A stretch of 40,335 bases of DNA from an uncultured archaeon (GTDB lineage: Archaea; Asgardarchaeota; Thorarchaeia; Thorarchaeales; Thorarchaeaceae). The translations under genes were made by a program, and so were the position numbers. Below, piece after piece: positions 1 to 9,693 of the stretch (position 1 is its first letter; each line of letters starts with the position of its first letter). The notes beneath the pieces are model-generated. The model had not been told where the DNA came from and searched no databases. It saw nothing but the letters and a program-made list of their open reading frames with translations. Location of the stretch: positions 1 through 40,335 of the forward strand of contig CAZPWM010000021.1 in NCBI GenBank assembly GCA_964590575.1, in the 5' to 3' direction.

Positions 1-887
1 AGCCCAGATGAATCCATTCCCTTTGCCAAGGGCTGGATTGGATTCAGGATGTCCACATCCACTTCAATCAGATCCGGTATCATTGGTTCAATAGCTCCAC
101 ATGAGTGATAGAGGATTTTGACATGTTTTGCTCTCTTGTGGATGTCACTGTATACCTTCTTGTGACGGGGTTTCACCATGTTTCTGTATATTCTTGGACT
201 TATGAGAAGTCCGTCCTGATGACCTAGATCATCACCAACTTGCACAACATCTAGGTATTCGCCAACTTCATCCAGAAGGACTCGATTCATCTCCAAGGCA
301 AGTTTCATGCTTTTGTCCATCATTGCTTCTGCGAGGTCTGGTCTTCTAAGTAGGTCAACAAGGAACTTGTCGAAACCTCTCATGTAATGAGCAACAACCT
401 CGAAAACTCCCCATGGTCCGCCAACCATCCCAACCACCGCATAGTCAGTTTCATTATGAAGGTGCTTTGCCCACTTTCGAACACCATCCATCCTTGACGA
501 GTCATCTGGGTCTATCCACTCAAATTCCTCGACTTGTTCCACCTCTGTGAACTCTGCCCAAGGATAATATGTGACTTCGTAGTACCCACCAATCAGTTTC
601 ATTCCACACTTGAACTCTGTTTCAATAGATCCATCTGGCAATGGTTGTGGTTTGAAGCCTTCTGCTGGGTTCATGTAGACACGTCTGAAGTCTACGTTGA
701 GCCGCTTCAACAACTCCTCTGATGTTTTCCATGAAGACATTATTCCCCACTCTTGTGTTTCGGGTGCTGTGATGCCCAGATGGTCCCTCAGTTTCTCATA
801 TGCCTGAGGAGTGGTCCAATAATCCAGTGGAATTCGATCTGACTCTTCATGATCCACAACTGTATGGAATCTCTCTCTTGGCTTCAT
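1..887 (-). CDS. Uroporphyrinogen decarboxylase (URO-D)/MtaA-CmuA family methyltransferase-like protein, 3' end beyond window edge
   Basis: Not in the ORF track because there is no stop in the window. Manual translation from ATG 887 gives MKPRERFHTVVDHEESDRIPLDYW, and near the window start KILYHSCGAIEPMIPDLIEVDVDILNPIQP. The RER...DR-P N-terminus and the HSCG/LNP-Q motifs are typical of this family. Confidence 0.85.
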   Translation of the reverse strand, partial: MKPRERFHTVVDHEESDRIPLDYWTTPQAYEKLRDHLGITAPETQEWGIMSSWKTSEELLKRLNVDFRRVYMNPAEGFKPQPLPDGSIETEFKCGMKLIGGYYEVTYYPWAEFTEVEQVEEFEWIDPDDSSRMDGVRKWAKHLHNETDYAVVGMVGGPWGVFEVVAHYMRGFDKFLVDLLRRPDLAEAMMDKSMKLALEMNRVLLDEVGEYLDVVQVGDDLGHQDGLLISPRIYRNMVKPRHKKVYSDIHKRAKHVKILYHSCGAIEPMIPDLIEVDVDILNPIQPLAKGMDSSG

Positions 888-997
888 ATCACGTCCCTTC
901 TCTCTGGATTTTATAATCTCTTCTTAAATTGGGTTCAGACCGTAGTCTTTAATTAATCGGTGGGTAATACTCTGACAGCTTGCCAATGGAGCGTATT

Positions 998-2383
998 ATG
1001 ATGGTTGACATCAAGAAGGTCACATCTCTTCTACAAGAGGTTGTGAGCCCGAGTCGAGTAACTGACAGAGACTTTGACTTGATTCCGTATAGTCGTGACC
1101 TGAGTCCAGCAGACCAAAAGATGCCAACTCATGTTGTCATGCCTGAAACACGGGAGGAGATTCAGGCTATCCTTAGGATTGCGAATGACCAAGATGTCCC
1201 TGTGTATATTCGAGGAGGAGGCACTTCCCACTGGGATGCCTACCTTCCTCAGGAACCGGGTATCCTGCTTGATTTAGGACGCATGAATAAGGTGCTAGAT
1301 ATCAATGAGCGAGATCTTGTCGCAACAGTTCAACCCAACTGTACCTGGGCTAAACTAGACCATGAGCTGCGTAAACGAGGTTTAACCTATCTCTGCAGTG
1401 AAGCAGGTGGTCCTGCAATGACGGTTGGTGGGTCTGTGATGAAAGCAGGAGGTGGACCACACTCAACAGCCAAGTTCGGTTTCCATGGCAATCAAGATAT
1501 TGTTACTCTTGAGATGGTTCTGCCAAATGGTGATGTTGTGGAAACAGGATCTGCCGCGTGGCCAAGTGCTGGCAAATTCAAGCGACAGTGTCTGGGTCCT
1601 GACCTCGCTGGTATGTTCATTGGCGCAGAAGGTATTCTTGGAGTCTGTACTGAGCTTTCAGTGCGAATTCGACCAGTGACTGATATTTCAGAACGTCTCA
1701 CCGCAACTATGAAGACGCTTGATGACGTGATTGAATTTGGGCATTTTATCAACAGATATGTGGGTGATGAGTACATGCAGGGTATATACCTCTGGGTGGA
1801 CCCATCAGCACCTGAAGTGTTCTTCTTGATGATGGATATATTTGGTTATGAGAAGGAGATCGTCGATTATAGGAAGAAGAAAATAATTGAGAAAATCAGC
1901 GAGCTGGGCGGAGAGATAGGTGATCGTGCTCCTGCAGATGATTATTTCGGTCGAATCCTCACCGGACTCACAGACCTGTTCACAAAAGGAGTCTGGCACT
2001 TCTTTGGTTCGGGTTCTCTTCGAATTGACGATATCCCATATCTGTACAAAATTTGGAAGGAGGAGCTCATCGAGAAAAGAGGATACACAAAAGCTGGTTT
2101 TGGAGGACAAATTCTTCCACGAGACTGGCTTGCGTTCATGGTGACCAATTATAGAGAGCCAGAAGAGTGGCGAGAACTCGTCAAGATGGCTGATGAGATT
2201 GATGAAATTACTCTAAAAGGTCCAATCGTGCCTTATGGAATCGGAGGAAGAGACGGACTTCGCAGATTTGTTGCTGAGAGAGATACTGGCTACTATCGTC
2301 TCTTGAAGACACTCAAGAAAACACTGGATCCTAAGAATATCTTACAACGTGGAATATTCATCCCACAGGAGGACTTGAAATGA
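998..2383 (+). CDS. FAD-binding oxidoreductase, GlcD/VAO (FAD-linked oxidase) family
   Basis: P-VV-P...EEIQ-I, RGGGTS, LLDLGRMNKV, GPDL-GMFIGAEGILGV and C-terminal LKKTLDPKNIL. ATG 998 is preferred to TTG 980 because GGAG lies just upstream. Confidence 0.88.
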   Translation: MMVDIKKVTSLLQEVVSPSRVTDRDFDLIPYSRDLSPADQKMPTHVVMPETREEIQAILRIANDQDVPVYIRGGGTSHWDAYLPQEPGILLDLGRMNKVLDINERDLVATVQPNCTWAKLDHELRKRGLTYLCSEAGGPAMTVGGSVMKAGGGPHSTAKFGFHGNQDIVTLEMVLPNGDVVETGSAAWPSAGKFKRQCLGPDLAGMFIGAEGILGVCTELSVRIRPVTDISERLTATMKTLDDVIEFGHFINRYVGDEYMQGIYLWVDPSAPEVFFLMMDIFGYEKEIVDYRKKKIIEKISELGGEIGDRAPADDYFGRILTGLTDLFTKGVWHFFGSGSLRIDDIPYLYKIWKEELIEKRGYTKAGFGGQILPRDWLAFMVTNYREPEEWRELVKMADEIDEITLKGPIVPYGIGGRDGLRRFVAERDTGYYRLLKTLKKTLDPKNILQRGIFIPQEDLK

Positions 2384-3573
2384 GAATTGAAGAGTACAAG
2401 GACATGATCTATGCCTGTGGGAGATGTGAAATCTGTCGTGGGTTTGATTACAATGATCGATGCCCTGAGATTTTTACGCAGCATTGGGAATCCTCAACAG
2501 CCAGAGGTAGAATGGCAATTGCTAGAGCAATCCTTGAAGGCAAGCTCGAATACTCAGAAGACCTCGCGGAGAGAATCTTTGGTTGTTTCATGTGCGGAAG
2601 ATGTACAGAGGAATGTAAGAAAGCGGCTCAAATCGATGTAATTGAAATCACTAAAGCAATGCGTCAAGATTTCGTTGAGCTGGGAATCAAGATTCCCGAA
2701 GATGGAGCAAATATGGCTGACACAGTCACATCCTCAGGAAACATCTTTGCTGACCCTCCTAAAGTGCATAGTAAGTGGGCTGAGGGACTCGAGTTCAAGA
2801 AGGGCTCAGGAACACTGTTCTATCCCGGTTGTCTTGCAAGTCATCGTTTCAAAGAGAAGACCAATATCCTCGTAAAGTTACTTCAGGCCGCGGGATACGA
2901 TCTGGATTTCCTTGGTGATGACCAAGAATGTTGTGGTACTCCTTACTGGATTACTGGGAAAATGGAGAACGCAAAAGACTATGCCAAAGCCTACTTGAAG
3001 AAACTGCAAGACCGAGGAGTGAAGGAGATCATTACACCCTGTCCAAGCTGTTTCAGGGCTTTTGACGAGGAATATCCCCATCTTCTTGGAATGGACGAGT
3101 TTCCAATCAAAGTTAGACACACAAGTGAGATTCTAGAGGAGATTGTCGATCAGAAGAAACTGAAGTTTAAACCTATCAACAAGAGAGTAACATACCACGA
3201 CCCCTGTGAGATTGGTCGCTATCGCGACATCTATGACCCCCCACGTAGGACGTTGGAGGCAATTCCCGGTTTGGAATTCATCGAGATGTCCAGAAACCGT
3301 GAACAAGCTTTCTGTTGTGGGGGCGGTGGAGGATGCAAGATCATGTTTCCAGGTCACTCACAGAAAGTAGCAGACGAGCGCATTCGGGACTTTGTAGAAA
3401 CAAAAGCTGAGCTCATGACCACCATTTGTCCCGCTTGTGAACTGAATCTCACGCACGGAATGTACGAAGCTGACCTAGAAGTTCGAGTTTTAGACATTGC
3501 AGAAATACTGGCTGTGTCTGCAGGAATCGTTGATTCGGAGATTCTAGAATCGGATTATTTCCCTGATGATTAA
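2380..3573 (+). CDS. (Fe-S)-binding protein with two ferredoxin motifs and two CCG domains (GlcF/HdrD-like)
   Basis: CGRCEIC, CFMCGRCTEEC, YPGC, ECCG, TPCPSC, YHDPC, FCCGGGGG, TICPAC. ATGA overlap with the upstream oxidoreductase. Confidence 0.9.
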   Translation: MRIEEYKDMIYACGRCEICRGFDYNDRCPEIFTQHWESSTARGRMAIARAILEGKLEYSEDLAERIFGCFMCGRCTEECKKAAQIDVIEITKAMRQDFVELGIKIPEDGANMADTVTSSGNIFADPPKVHSKWAEGLEFKKGSGTLFYPGCLASHRFKEKTNILVKLLQAAGYDLDFLGDDQECCGTPYWITGKMENAKDYAKAYLKKLQDRGVKEIITPCPSCFRAFDEEYPHLLGMDEFPIKVRHTSEILEEIVDQKKLKFKPINKRVTYHDPCEIGRYRDIYDPPRRTLEAIPGLEFIEMSRNREQAFCCGGGGGCKIMFPGHSQKVADERIRDFVETKAELMTTICPACELNLTHGMYEADLEVRVLDIAEILAVSAGIVDSEILESDYFPDD

Positions 3574-3575
3574 TA

Positions 3576-3594
3576 GAGGGTATACTTCACCCTC
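3576..3594. terminator. Hairpin between convergent genes
   Basis: GAGGGT(3576-3581) / ACCCTC(3589-3594) inverted repeat between stops at 3573 (+) and 3608 (-). Confidence 0.4.
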
Positions 3595-3607
3595 CCTCTT
3601 CTAGTTC

Positions 3608-3898
3608 TCATCCACCCACAGCTGCAATCATAAACACGATGAGGTCGCCTTTGGAAAGTTCTGTCTTCTCTCCTTTTCTTGCAACCATGTTCATTCCGTT
3701 GACAACGACCACTGCATCTCTTCTCAGGACCCGATTTTCTTTGTCCTCTAGATAGACTTCGAATTTCTCTCCATACTCTTCATGAAGTTGGTCAATTAAA
3801 TCTCGGATAGTTGCATCTTCTCTGGTCTCTAATGCAAACTTGTTATGCTCTGAGTATTTGAGTCCCTTATTCATGAGCTTTACAAAGACCTCGGTCAA
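3608..3898 (-). CDS. MoaD/ThiS/SAMP ubiquitin-like sulfur carrier
   Basis: TIRDLIDQL, VVVVNG, LSKGDLIVFMIAAVGG with C-terminal diglycine. Start uncertain; TTG 3898 keeps the first beta strand. Confidence 0.88.
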   Translation of the reverse strand: MTEVFVKLMNKGLKYSEHNKFALETREDATIRDLIDQLHEEYGEKFEVYLEDKENRVLRRDAVVVVNGMNMVARKGEKTELSKGDLIVFMIAAVGG

Positions 3899-4127
3899 TT
3901 CTATTCTACACGCTCGCAATTCTTAATGTATAGTTAAAGTTTAAATTTACCCCTTTGGATGTAGAATTCAACATAAACCCCTATCGTGGACAGAGCTTTG
4001 TACGTATGAGTAGGGGCAAACATCATAAAGGGGATATCTTTCGATATCGTGTCCATTTTGCCCACAAAGGTATTAGGTTGTTCGAGTATCATAGTGGCGG
4101 TTACAGAATGACGAACGATTACAATGG

Positions 4128-4922
4128 TTGCGATTGAAATTGGCAGACAAACTATCGAAACTCACACTCAGAGAATGGCTCGCACAACACGCACGCGCCG
4201 AACCAATTCACTATAAGAAAATTGCAGAAGCTCTAGAACGTGACCCTGCATCCGTTTCGGCCTCTCTATCCATCGAAGGTAAGCAAGCCTTGGAAGACAA
4301 TAGACCTGCATACTTTTTGCGCACTGGTCCCGGACTCTACCAGTACAATGACCTATGTGAAGGGGCTGTAGACGAAGAACTGATTTCTGAAGTGCGTTCC
4401 CGAGCTGCGGATTTCAATCGTGCAACTCGCCGCGAGATGCGGCATGAGATTGCCAAACTAGACTTGGAAGCCTTCAATGACCTCGCAAGGATTGTCCTGC
4501 TTAACGTCCGTGCGCGTGTGGAGGATGCTGAGGAGGTTGACCAATCCAATGGTACAACGGTCATGATTACTTCTTGGCGAGATGATGGGGGCCGGTCCCC
4601 AGTTGTTGTGTACGCAAAGAAATGTGAATTTGACGAGAAGATTGGGTATGACCTCATTCGTGAGATTCGAGGATCTCTACCGACCCATCAGGCGAATCAA
4701 GGTGTACTGATTACAAATGGAACCGTTACACCTGAAGGAAAACAAGAAGCACTTGGCTACGCATCAAATGACATCAAGGTTTCAGTTCCACCAGTTCACA
4801 TTATGGACATAGATATCCTGCTTAATGTATTATTGGAGAGTCGAACGGGAGTCCGGATAAAGAATGTTGAAGTCCTGCTTCTCGACCATGAATTCTTTAA
4901 AAGACTTCGACGTTCATCGTAA
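4128..4922 (+). CDS. N-terminal winged HTH (HARE-HTH-like) plus Mrr-like restriction endonuclease domain, catalytic motif degenerate
   Basis: PIHYKKIAEAL...ASVSASLS...YFLRTGPGLY (HARE-HTH-like). FNDL, VVVYAKK, IREIRGSL, QANQGVLITNG, VHIMD match the Mrr_cat layout. Start could be TTG 4128, 4134 or 4140. Confidence 0.7.
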   Translation: MRLKLADKLSKLTLREWLAQHARAEPIHYKKIAEALERDPASVSASLSIEGKQALEDNRPAYFLRTGPGLYQYNDLCEGAVDEELISEVRSRAADFNRATRREMRHEIAKLDLEAFNDLARIVLLNVRARVEDAEEVDQSNGTTVMITSWRDDGGRSPVVVYAKKCEFDEKIGYDLIREIRGSLPTHQANQGVLITNGTVTPEGKQEALGYASNDIKVSVPPVHIMDIDILLNVLLESRTGVRIKNVEVLLLDHEFFKRLRRSS

Positions 4923-5097
4923 TCATCAGAAAAATCCGGCATGTGCCGTGATGAATAGGAACTATTAATATTAAACTCGATATTAAAGTTCCAAAAAATG
5001 TTACCCTTTAGTTTAAATATCAGCGTTGACATTGAGAACACTATCACGATACGATTCGTTTTCTTGTCGTGAGAGAGAAAAAAAAGGAGAACAAATA

Positions 5098-6657
5098 TTG
5101 AGCGAGGAAGATAAACTCCTCTTCGTGCGAGAGAGCTCCGGCCTAGTAAAGGAAGTAGGTACGGGCTTTGCACTTCTTCTTCCCATCGCCCTAACACTTG
5201 GTCCGTGGTTCCACTTTGCTGGTCCACAGATTTCGACTTGGAATCCAGGTGCACATTTAGTCCCAATGTTCGCATTGGGTGCATTCGCTGTGTTCTTTGA
5301 AGCGATTGCACTAATGTGCTTGATGCTTGCGATGCCAAGATCGGGAGCTTCATACCACTTCACTGGACGTGGTCTGAGCCCAATTTTCGGTGTGATGGAA
5401 GGTTGGCGAAGCGTGATTACCAACCCTGTATTTAGGGGAACTGGAAGCTTTTTCGCTGTACAGATCTTTGCTGGTGGACTATTCGTTATCGGTAGTGCTG
5501 CTGGTGATGCACCAGGGACAGGATTACTTGCCCTATCAGCGACTCTGAATGAACCAATTCCATTGTTCATTGCTGCTTTTGTTATGATTCTCGTTGGTTT
5601 CGTATTCAGCTATCTGAGTGTCAAATGGCTCGGATGGTTCGTTATCATACTAGGAATTGTAAACATTGCATCGCTGTTTGTGGGTGATATTGTCCTATTG
5701 ATGAATCCCATCACATCAGGTGTATGGGATGGCGTGTTTGGTTCAGGGAGCTATGCTGCTGTCCAAGCTGTGCCCTTCCCAGGTACTCTAGTATTATCTG
5801 ACTACACGCTATTCAATGCAGCGGCAGTTGGCCCCGCATTGATCGTCACGGTGGGTATGATGTGGCCTTACCTCATCATGCCAGTAGCTGGTGAAGTATC
5901 ACAGCCAAGTAAGAACATCCCATTGAGCAATGTAGGTGGTTGGGCTGGCATCGCTGCCATGTTCCTCCTATCCGGCTTTGCACTTGAGTCAGCAATGGGT
6001 CCATTTCTATATCAGGCAAACAATGCGTTCACCTTCTTCCCAGGATTCGGCAACTATGCTGCTGTTGCACTGGGAGCAAGTCCGATCGCTTGGTTTGTAA
6101 TCTTGGGCCCGATAATTGCGAGCGTACTGGACTCCCCAAGCAACGCGCTTTGGGTCACCAGACCGATGCACTCGATGGCTATGGACCGGTTCTGTCCTGA
6201 AGCATTTGCGAGAGTACATCCAAAGTACCATGTGCCACACATCACGTTGTACTTCTGGCTGATTCTTGCAACCGCGACCTTAGTATACGCAACCGTACTA
6301 CAGGCTGTCTACTTAACAGCTCTAGGTGCTTTGGTAGGTGTGGCGTTCACCTATGTTTTCATACGGTGGCAGATGGCTCTGGCAGCAGTGTCGTTACCAT
6401 ACTATCGACCGACGTTATGGGAGCGTAGTGGCGGGTGGAAACTACTTGGTATTCCGCTTATTGCCATAGGTGGTCTGGTTTCAGGTGCCATATTCTTCTA
6501 TGCTATGATCGCATTCGTACCCACTGCACAGCATGAGATTCTCTTCACTGTGCTCGTGTACGTCATAGGTCAAATAGCATACATGTACTATGGTGGCAAG
6601 AACAAGGCCAAGGGTATCGAGATGTCCGCAATCTTCGGACAACTACCACCAGAATAA
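5098..6657 (+). CDS. APC family amino acid/amine permease
   Basis: LFVRESSGLVKE N-terminus, AMPRSGASY, AGEV, MAMDRFCPEAFARVHPKYHVP, about 12-14 hydrophobic segments, C-terminal FGQLPPE. TTG 5098 follows an AGGAG. Confidence 0.9.
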   Translation: MSEEDKLLFVRESSGLVKEVGTGFALLLPIALTLGPWFHFAGPQISTWNPGAHLVPMFALGAFAVFFEAIALMCLMLAMPRSGASYHFTGRGLSPIFGVMEGWRSVITNPVFRGTGSFFAVQIFAGGLFVIGSAAGDAPGTGLLALSATLNEPIPLFIAAFVMILVGFVFSYLSVKWLGWFVIILGIVNIASLFVGDIVLLMNPITSGVWDGVFGSGSYAAVQAVPFPGTLVLSDYTLFNAAAVGPALIVTVGMMWPYLIMPVAGEVSQPSKNIPLSNVGGWAGIAAMFLLSGFALESAMGPFLYQANNAFTFFPGFGNYAAVALGASPIAWFVILGPIIASVLDSPSNALWVTRPMHSMAMDRFCPEAFARVHPKYHVPHITLYFWLILATATLVYATVLQAVYLTALGALVGVAFTYVFIRWQMALAAVSLPYYRPTLWERSGGWKLLGIPLIAIGGLVSGAIFFYAMIAFVPTAQHEILFTVLVYVIGQIAYMYYGGKNKAKGIEMSAIFGQLPPE

Positions 6658-6669
6658 TCAAGTATAGGA

Positions 6670-6707
6670 GAAGAGAGCAGCAAGCTCTCTTCCACTTTTT
6701 TCTTTTT
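6670..6707 (+). terminator. Hairpin plus T-tract terminator after the APC permease
   Basis: GAAGAGAGC(6670-6678) / GCTCTCTTC(6684-6692) 9-bp stem followed by TTTTTTCTTTTT. Confidence 0.7.
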
Positions 6708-6755
6708 GAACTGTCTTTCAGCAAAACCGGATGCGATGATTTCGAGAGATTGCTA

Positions 6756-7688
6756 TCAGAGCTCTTTGAAATCGTGGATTGGTGGGAATCCGTTTCTACT
6801 TGCCTTGCAAGAAAGTGGATCCAACTTCTCCCAAGTTGTGTAGAAATATGATGGGAATGCCCAAGGTCTAATCAAGAGTAGTTCGTCAACATCTTCCGAT
6901 CTTTTGTATTCTGCTAGAGCTTCTTTTGCCGCATCGAGAAGAACTCTCCGTTCCTCTTTATCCCAAACCTGTTGTTCAAAGATATAGCCATCATCGTACC
7001 ACTGGTACATAATTGTGTAATCATCTAAGAATATGTGCTCTATTACACGCCAAGGCCAAAACGTCGACATCTGTTCAAGCATTTCACCTGAACCATAGTG
7101 GTCAATAGCCATTCCTTCTCTGCAAAAAATGTATTCAGGACCTTTCTCTGTGAATTTTTCTCTTGGTTTCCCAAGAAGAGGTCCTGTTTTAATCCAATCA
7201 TGCCAAGTCGTGTGATGTCGCGATAGAATGTTGCAGTGCTCTAACATATATCTGACAACAGCTGCATTTCCATGATGCGCGAGACGAGGTACTTGCGGTT
7301 TGCCAGCATATTTCTCAATGAGTTCTCTGACATTCTCTATATCCTCTAGAGGAATGTAAGACCACAACTGAAAGACACCTACATCTTTGGGTAGAAGGAA
7401 AAAGAACACCATCCCAGCAGGTCCAATTACATCAAGATTCTCTCTTGGCACCTCATCCAGCGGCCAAGATTTTTCCTCCTTAGCATAGCTGACTTCACAG
7501 CATTCAAAGGAAATAACCTCTGACCATTCGAGGTCGTGTATCACTTGATACGACTTTCTGCTTCTCTTCTTCTTACGTATAAGAACAAACCGAACGCCTT
7601 GTGCTCCAATTCCTATTCTATCTGGATTTTCTGAATATGGGTCAGCTCCAATGTATTCATAGTCGGAAAGGTGTGGCTCGTCTGTCAT
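6756..7688 (-). CDS. Hypothetical protein, possibly two tandem PH-like domains
   Basis: 310-aa ORF with an ATG start and no competing ORF. Two similar segments: IGIGAQGVRF...LEWSEVISF and IFCREGMAI...WPWRVIEHI. Confidence 0.7.
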   Translation of the reverse strand: MTDEPHLSDYEYIGADPYSENPDRIGIGAQGVRFVLIRKKKRSRKSYQVIHDLEWSEVISFECCEVSYAKEEKSWPLDEVPRENLDVIGPAGMVFFFLLPKDVGVFQLWSYIPLEDIENVRELIEKYAGKPQVPRLAHHGNAAVVRYMLEHCNILSRHHTTWHDWIKTGPLLGKPREKFTEKGPEYIFCREGMAIDHYGSGEMLEQMSTFWPWRVIEHIFLDDYTIMYQWYDDGYIFEQQVWDKEERRVLLDAAKEALAEYKRSEDVDELLLIRPWAFPSYFYTTWEKLDPLSCKASRNGFPPIHDFKEL

Positions 7689-7816
7689 TATAGATGCAAC
7701 CTGTCAGGTATATTTCGCCTACGATTTAATTCATCCACTTAAACAAGTCGGTTTATTAAATTCCTAAATGTTAATTAGGTGGGTTATGTCAGACTCCGGA
7801 AAGAGGACTACCCCCC

Positions 7817-8521
7817 ATGAGTAAAACTTCCAAAAAGAAAGGAATTGGTATCCCCCTAGATGAGTTCAACTTCGATCCCTCATCTTTGGAACTAGACCTT
7901 ACACAGACTTTCATCAGTGTATTTGATGGGTACAGAATTTACAGGTGCTTTGATATTTCATTTGTTGAACGTCGACAAGCAAAAGGAAAAGTACCAATAG
8001 CGTTTCTTAAGCAATGGGGAACAATACGGGGTGTGTTGCATAAATTCGCAGCAGTTGGACCCGGCGTTCCTAATGTTGAGAAGTGGTTACGACAAAGACA
8101 GATAATAGCCTTCATTGCTCTTGCACTCTTAACGATAAGTGCACCTTTGCTTGTGTTTGGATTGATCTTTAGACTTGAATGGGTTTATCCTCTCAGCATT
8201 CCCTTGTCCTTAGTGGCTGTTGGTGCCATTTTCCTATCTGCCCTTACAAATACATGGTTCAACCGAAAGGTTGCATGGGCGATATGGGATTATACCCAGA
8301 ATACACCTGGTTTGCTTAAGAAAGAAAACGATCTCTTGCACGAATGGACTCAAGCTCTCATTTACCACGCAGCAAGGATAATGCGTAAGGAAGGAATTGA
8401 TTCTGCTAAGAAACGAACGAAGATCTACCAGACTGATTACAAGGGTATTGAGATACTCCAGGAACCCGGTGGCTTCAGAAAACACTACACAATGCGAATA
8501 TTAACTGAGAGACAGAAGTAG
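7817..8521 (+). CDS. Hypothetical membrane protein (two central TM helices)
   Basis: 234-aa ORF, GAGG upstream, hydrophobic IIAFIALALLTISAPLLVFGLIF and VYPLSIPLSLVAVGAIFLSAL between soluble basic domains. Confidence 0.75.
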   Translation: MSKTSKKKGIGIPLDEFNFDPSSLELDLTQTFISVFDGYRIYRCFDISFVERRQAKGKVPIAFLKQWGTIRGVLHKFAAVGPGVPNVEKWLRQRQIIAFIALALLTISAPLLVFGLIFRLEWVYPLSIPLSLVAVGAIFLSALTNTWFNRKVAWAIWDYTQNTPGLLKKENDLLHEWTQALIYHAARIMRKEGIDSAKKRTKIYQTDYKGIEILQEPGGFRKHYTMRILTERQK

Positions 8522-8562
8522 TGTGAAGGCCAGCTAGTTTAGCAAAGCTGACCCTCGAGATC

Positions 8563-9678
8563 TCAGACTAATTCCTCAATAGGCTTATAGTCAAGATCAA
8601 ATCCAAAATGGCTTGGTCCAAGTACTTTGAGACCCTCAGGGCCTCTGAATATTGATTCTGTCTTCATACCAATGACGCTGACATTGTCTCCAATTTTGAT
8701 GTCAGTATTAGTAATTGGTTCACCAGTCTTTGCATCTATGATTTCAATGATGTCTGGGCTTGTTATCCAAGGTTTCCCATCGAGCCAGGTAACGTGATTT
8801 TCATTCTTGAACCAGACTTTCATTTTCGATTCTGGTCTGATGCCACTACCTTTAATCTCGGTTTCACCCCACATGTATCCTTCTCTGTTCTCCCACTCTC
8901 TTCCAACAACTTTTCCTCTGAACAAGACCCATCCACCGACTTTTTCGATTATCTTGTCAGCAGGGTCATCTCCTGTTTCTCTGCACTCTCGAATCATCTT
9001 TCCAACATTATAGCTCTTTGTCAAAGTATTAGATATAATTGCATCATGAAAATCCTTACCCTGAACTGGAAATGCAACATTTCCTACTCTACCCCATGCG
9101 ACTTGGCTGAGTGCTTTTGAAAGTCGCTCACCCATCTCGTAGTTAATCACGTGTTCTACAATGCTCTTGTTTCCGAACCAATCAATAAGTGCCATTGGTG
9201 CCATAGAATAGCCTTTCACGCATACTGTGTTTTGACAGATTTCAGGAACAGCTCTTCCAGAGTAGTCTCCGTCAACACAAGGGATTTTATGTTTCACTGC
9301 AGCATCAATTGGAGCTGGAGTGTTTACTCCACCTAGCTCAAATGGGGCTACTGCTGCGAACTTGACTCCCATATGGTCTTCGAGTGTGGCCAATCCCAAA
9401 GCAAGCTCTTTCTCGAAATAATCCCATGGAAAACGAGTTCGTAGTGCCTCTATTTCAGGCGTTGGAGGCGCAATTGTGCCTGAATAATAGGCACAAGCAA
9501 CCCAGTCGTCATCCTTAACTTTGCTGACATCAACGATTTCTATTGCTTTCCCTGAATCAACATGTGGATATAACATGTTGAGGCCAAGCTGTTTGCTTCC
9601 TCCACCACCGGTGCCAAAGAATGTACAACCGGTTGTAAGGTCATCAATGTCGGTCCTAGTTTTTAATATCAAAGTCAT
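8563..9678 (-). CDS. DUF917 family protein (S-methyl-thiohydantoin desulfurase-like), paralogue 1
   Basis: FFGTGGGG, PFELGGVNT, VDGDYSGRAVPE, VLFRGKV, WFKNEN, SPDII, GPSHFG. Confidence 0.88.
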   Translation of the reverse strand: MTLILKTRTDIDDLTTGCTFFGTGGGGSKQLGLNMLYPHVDSGKAIEIVDVSKVKDDDWVACAYYSGTIAPPTPEIEALRTRFPWDYFEKELALGLATLEDHMGVKFAAVAPFELGGVNTPAPIDAAVKHKIPCVDGDYSGRAVPEICQNTVCVKGYSMAPMALIDWFGNKSIVEHVINYEMGERLSKALSQVAWGRVGNVAFPVQGKDFHDAIISNTLTKSYNVGKMIRECRETGDDPADKIIEKVGGWVLFRGKVVGREWENREGYMWGETEIKGSGIRPESKMKVWFKNENHVTWLDGKPWITSPDIIEIIDAKTGEPITNTDIKIGDNVSVIGMKTESIFRGPEGLKVLGPSHFGFDLDYKPIEELV

Positions 9679-9693
9679 CCAGACAACACGGTC

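Noticed and set aside
3608-3898. Eukaryote-type ubiquitin system
   Set aside because: The sequence is MoaD/ThiS-like, and no E1, E2, RING or JAB genes are in the window.
4796-5570. Two 185-aa minus-strand ORFs
   Set aside because: Antisense shadows of the APC permease and Mrr genes, with no motifs.
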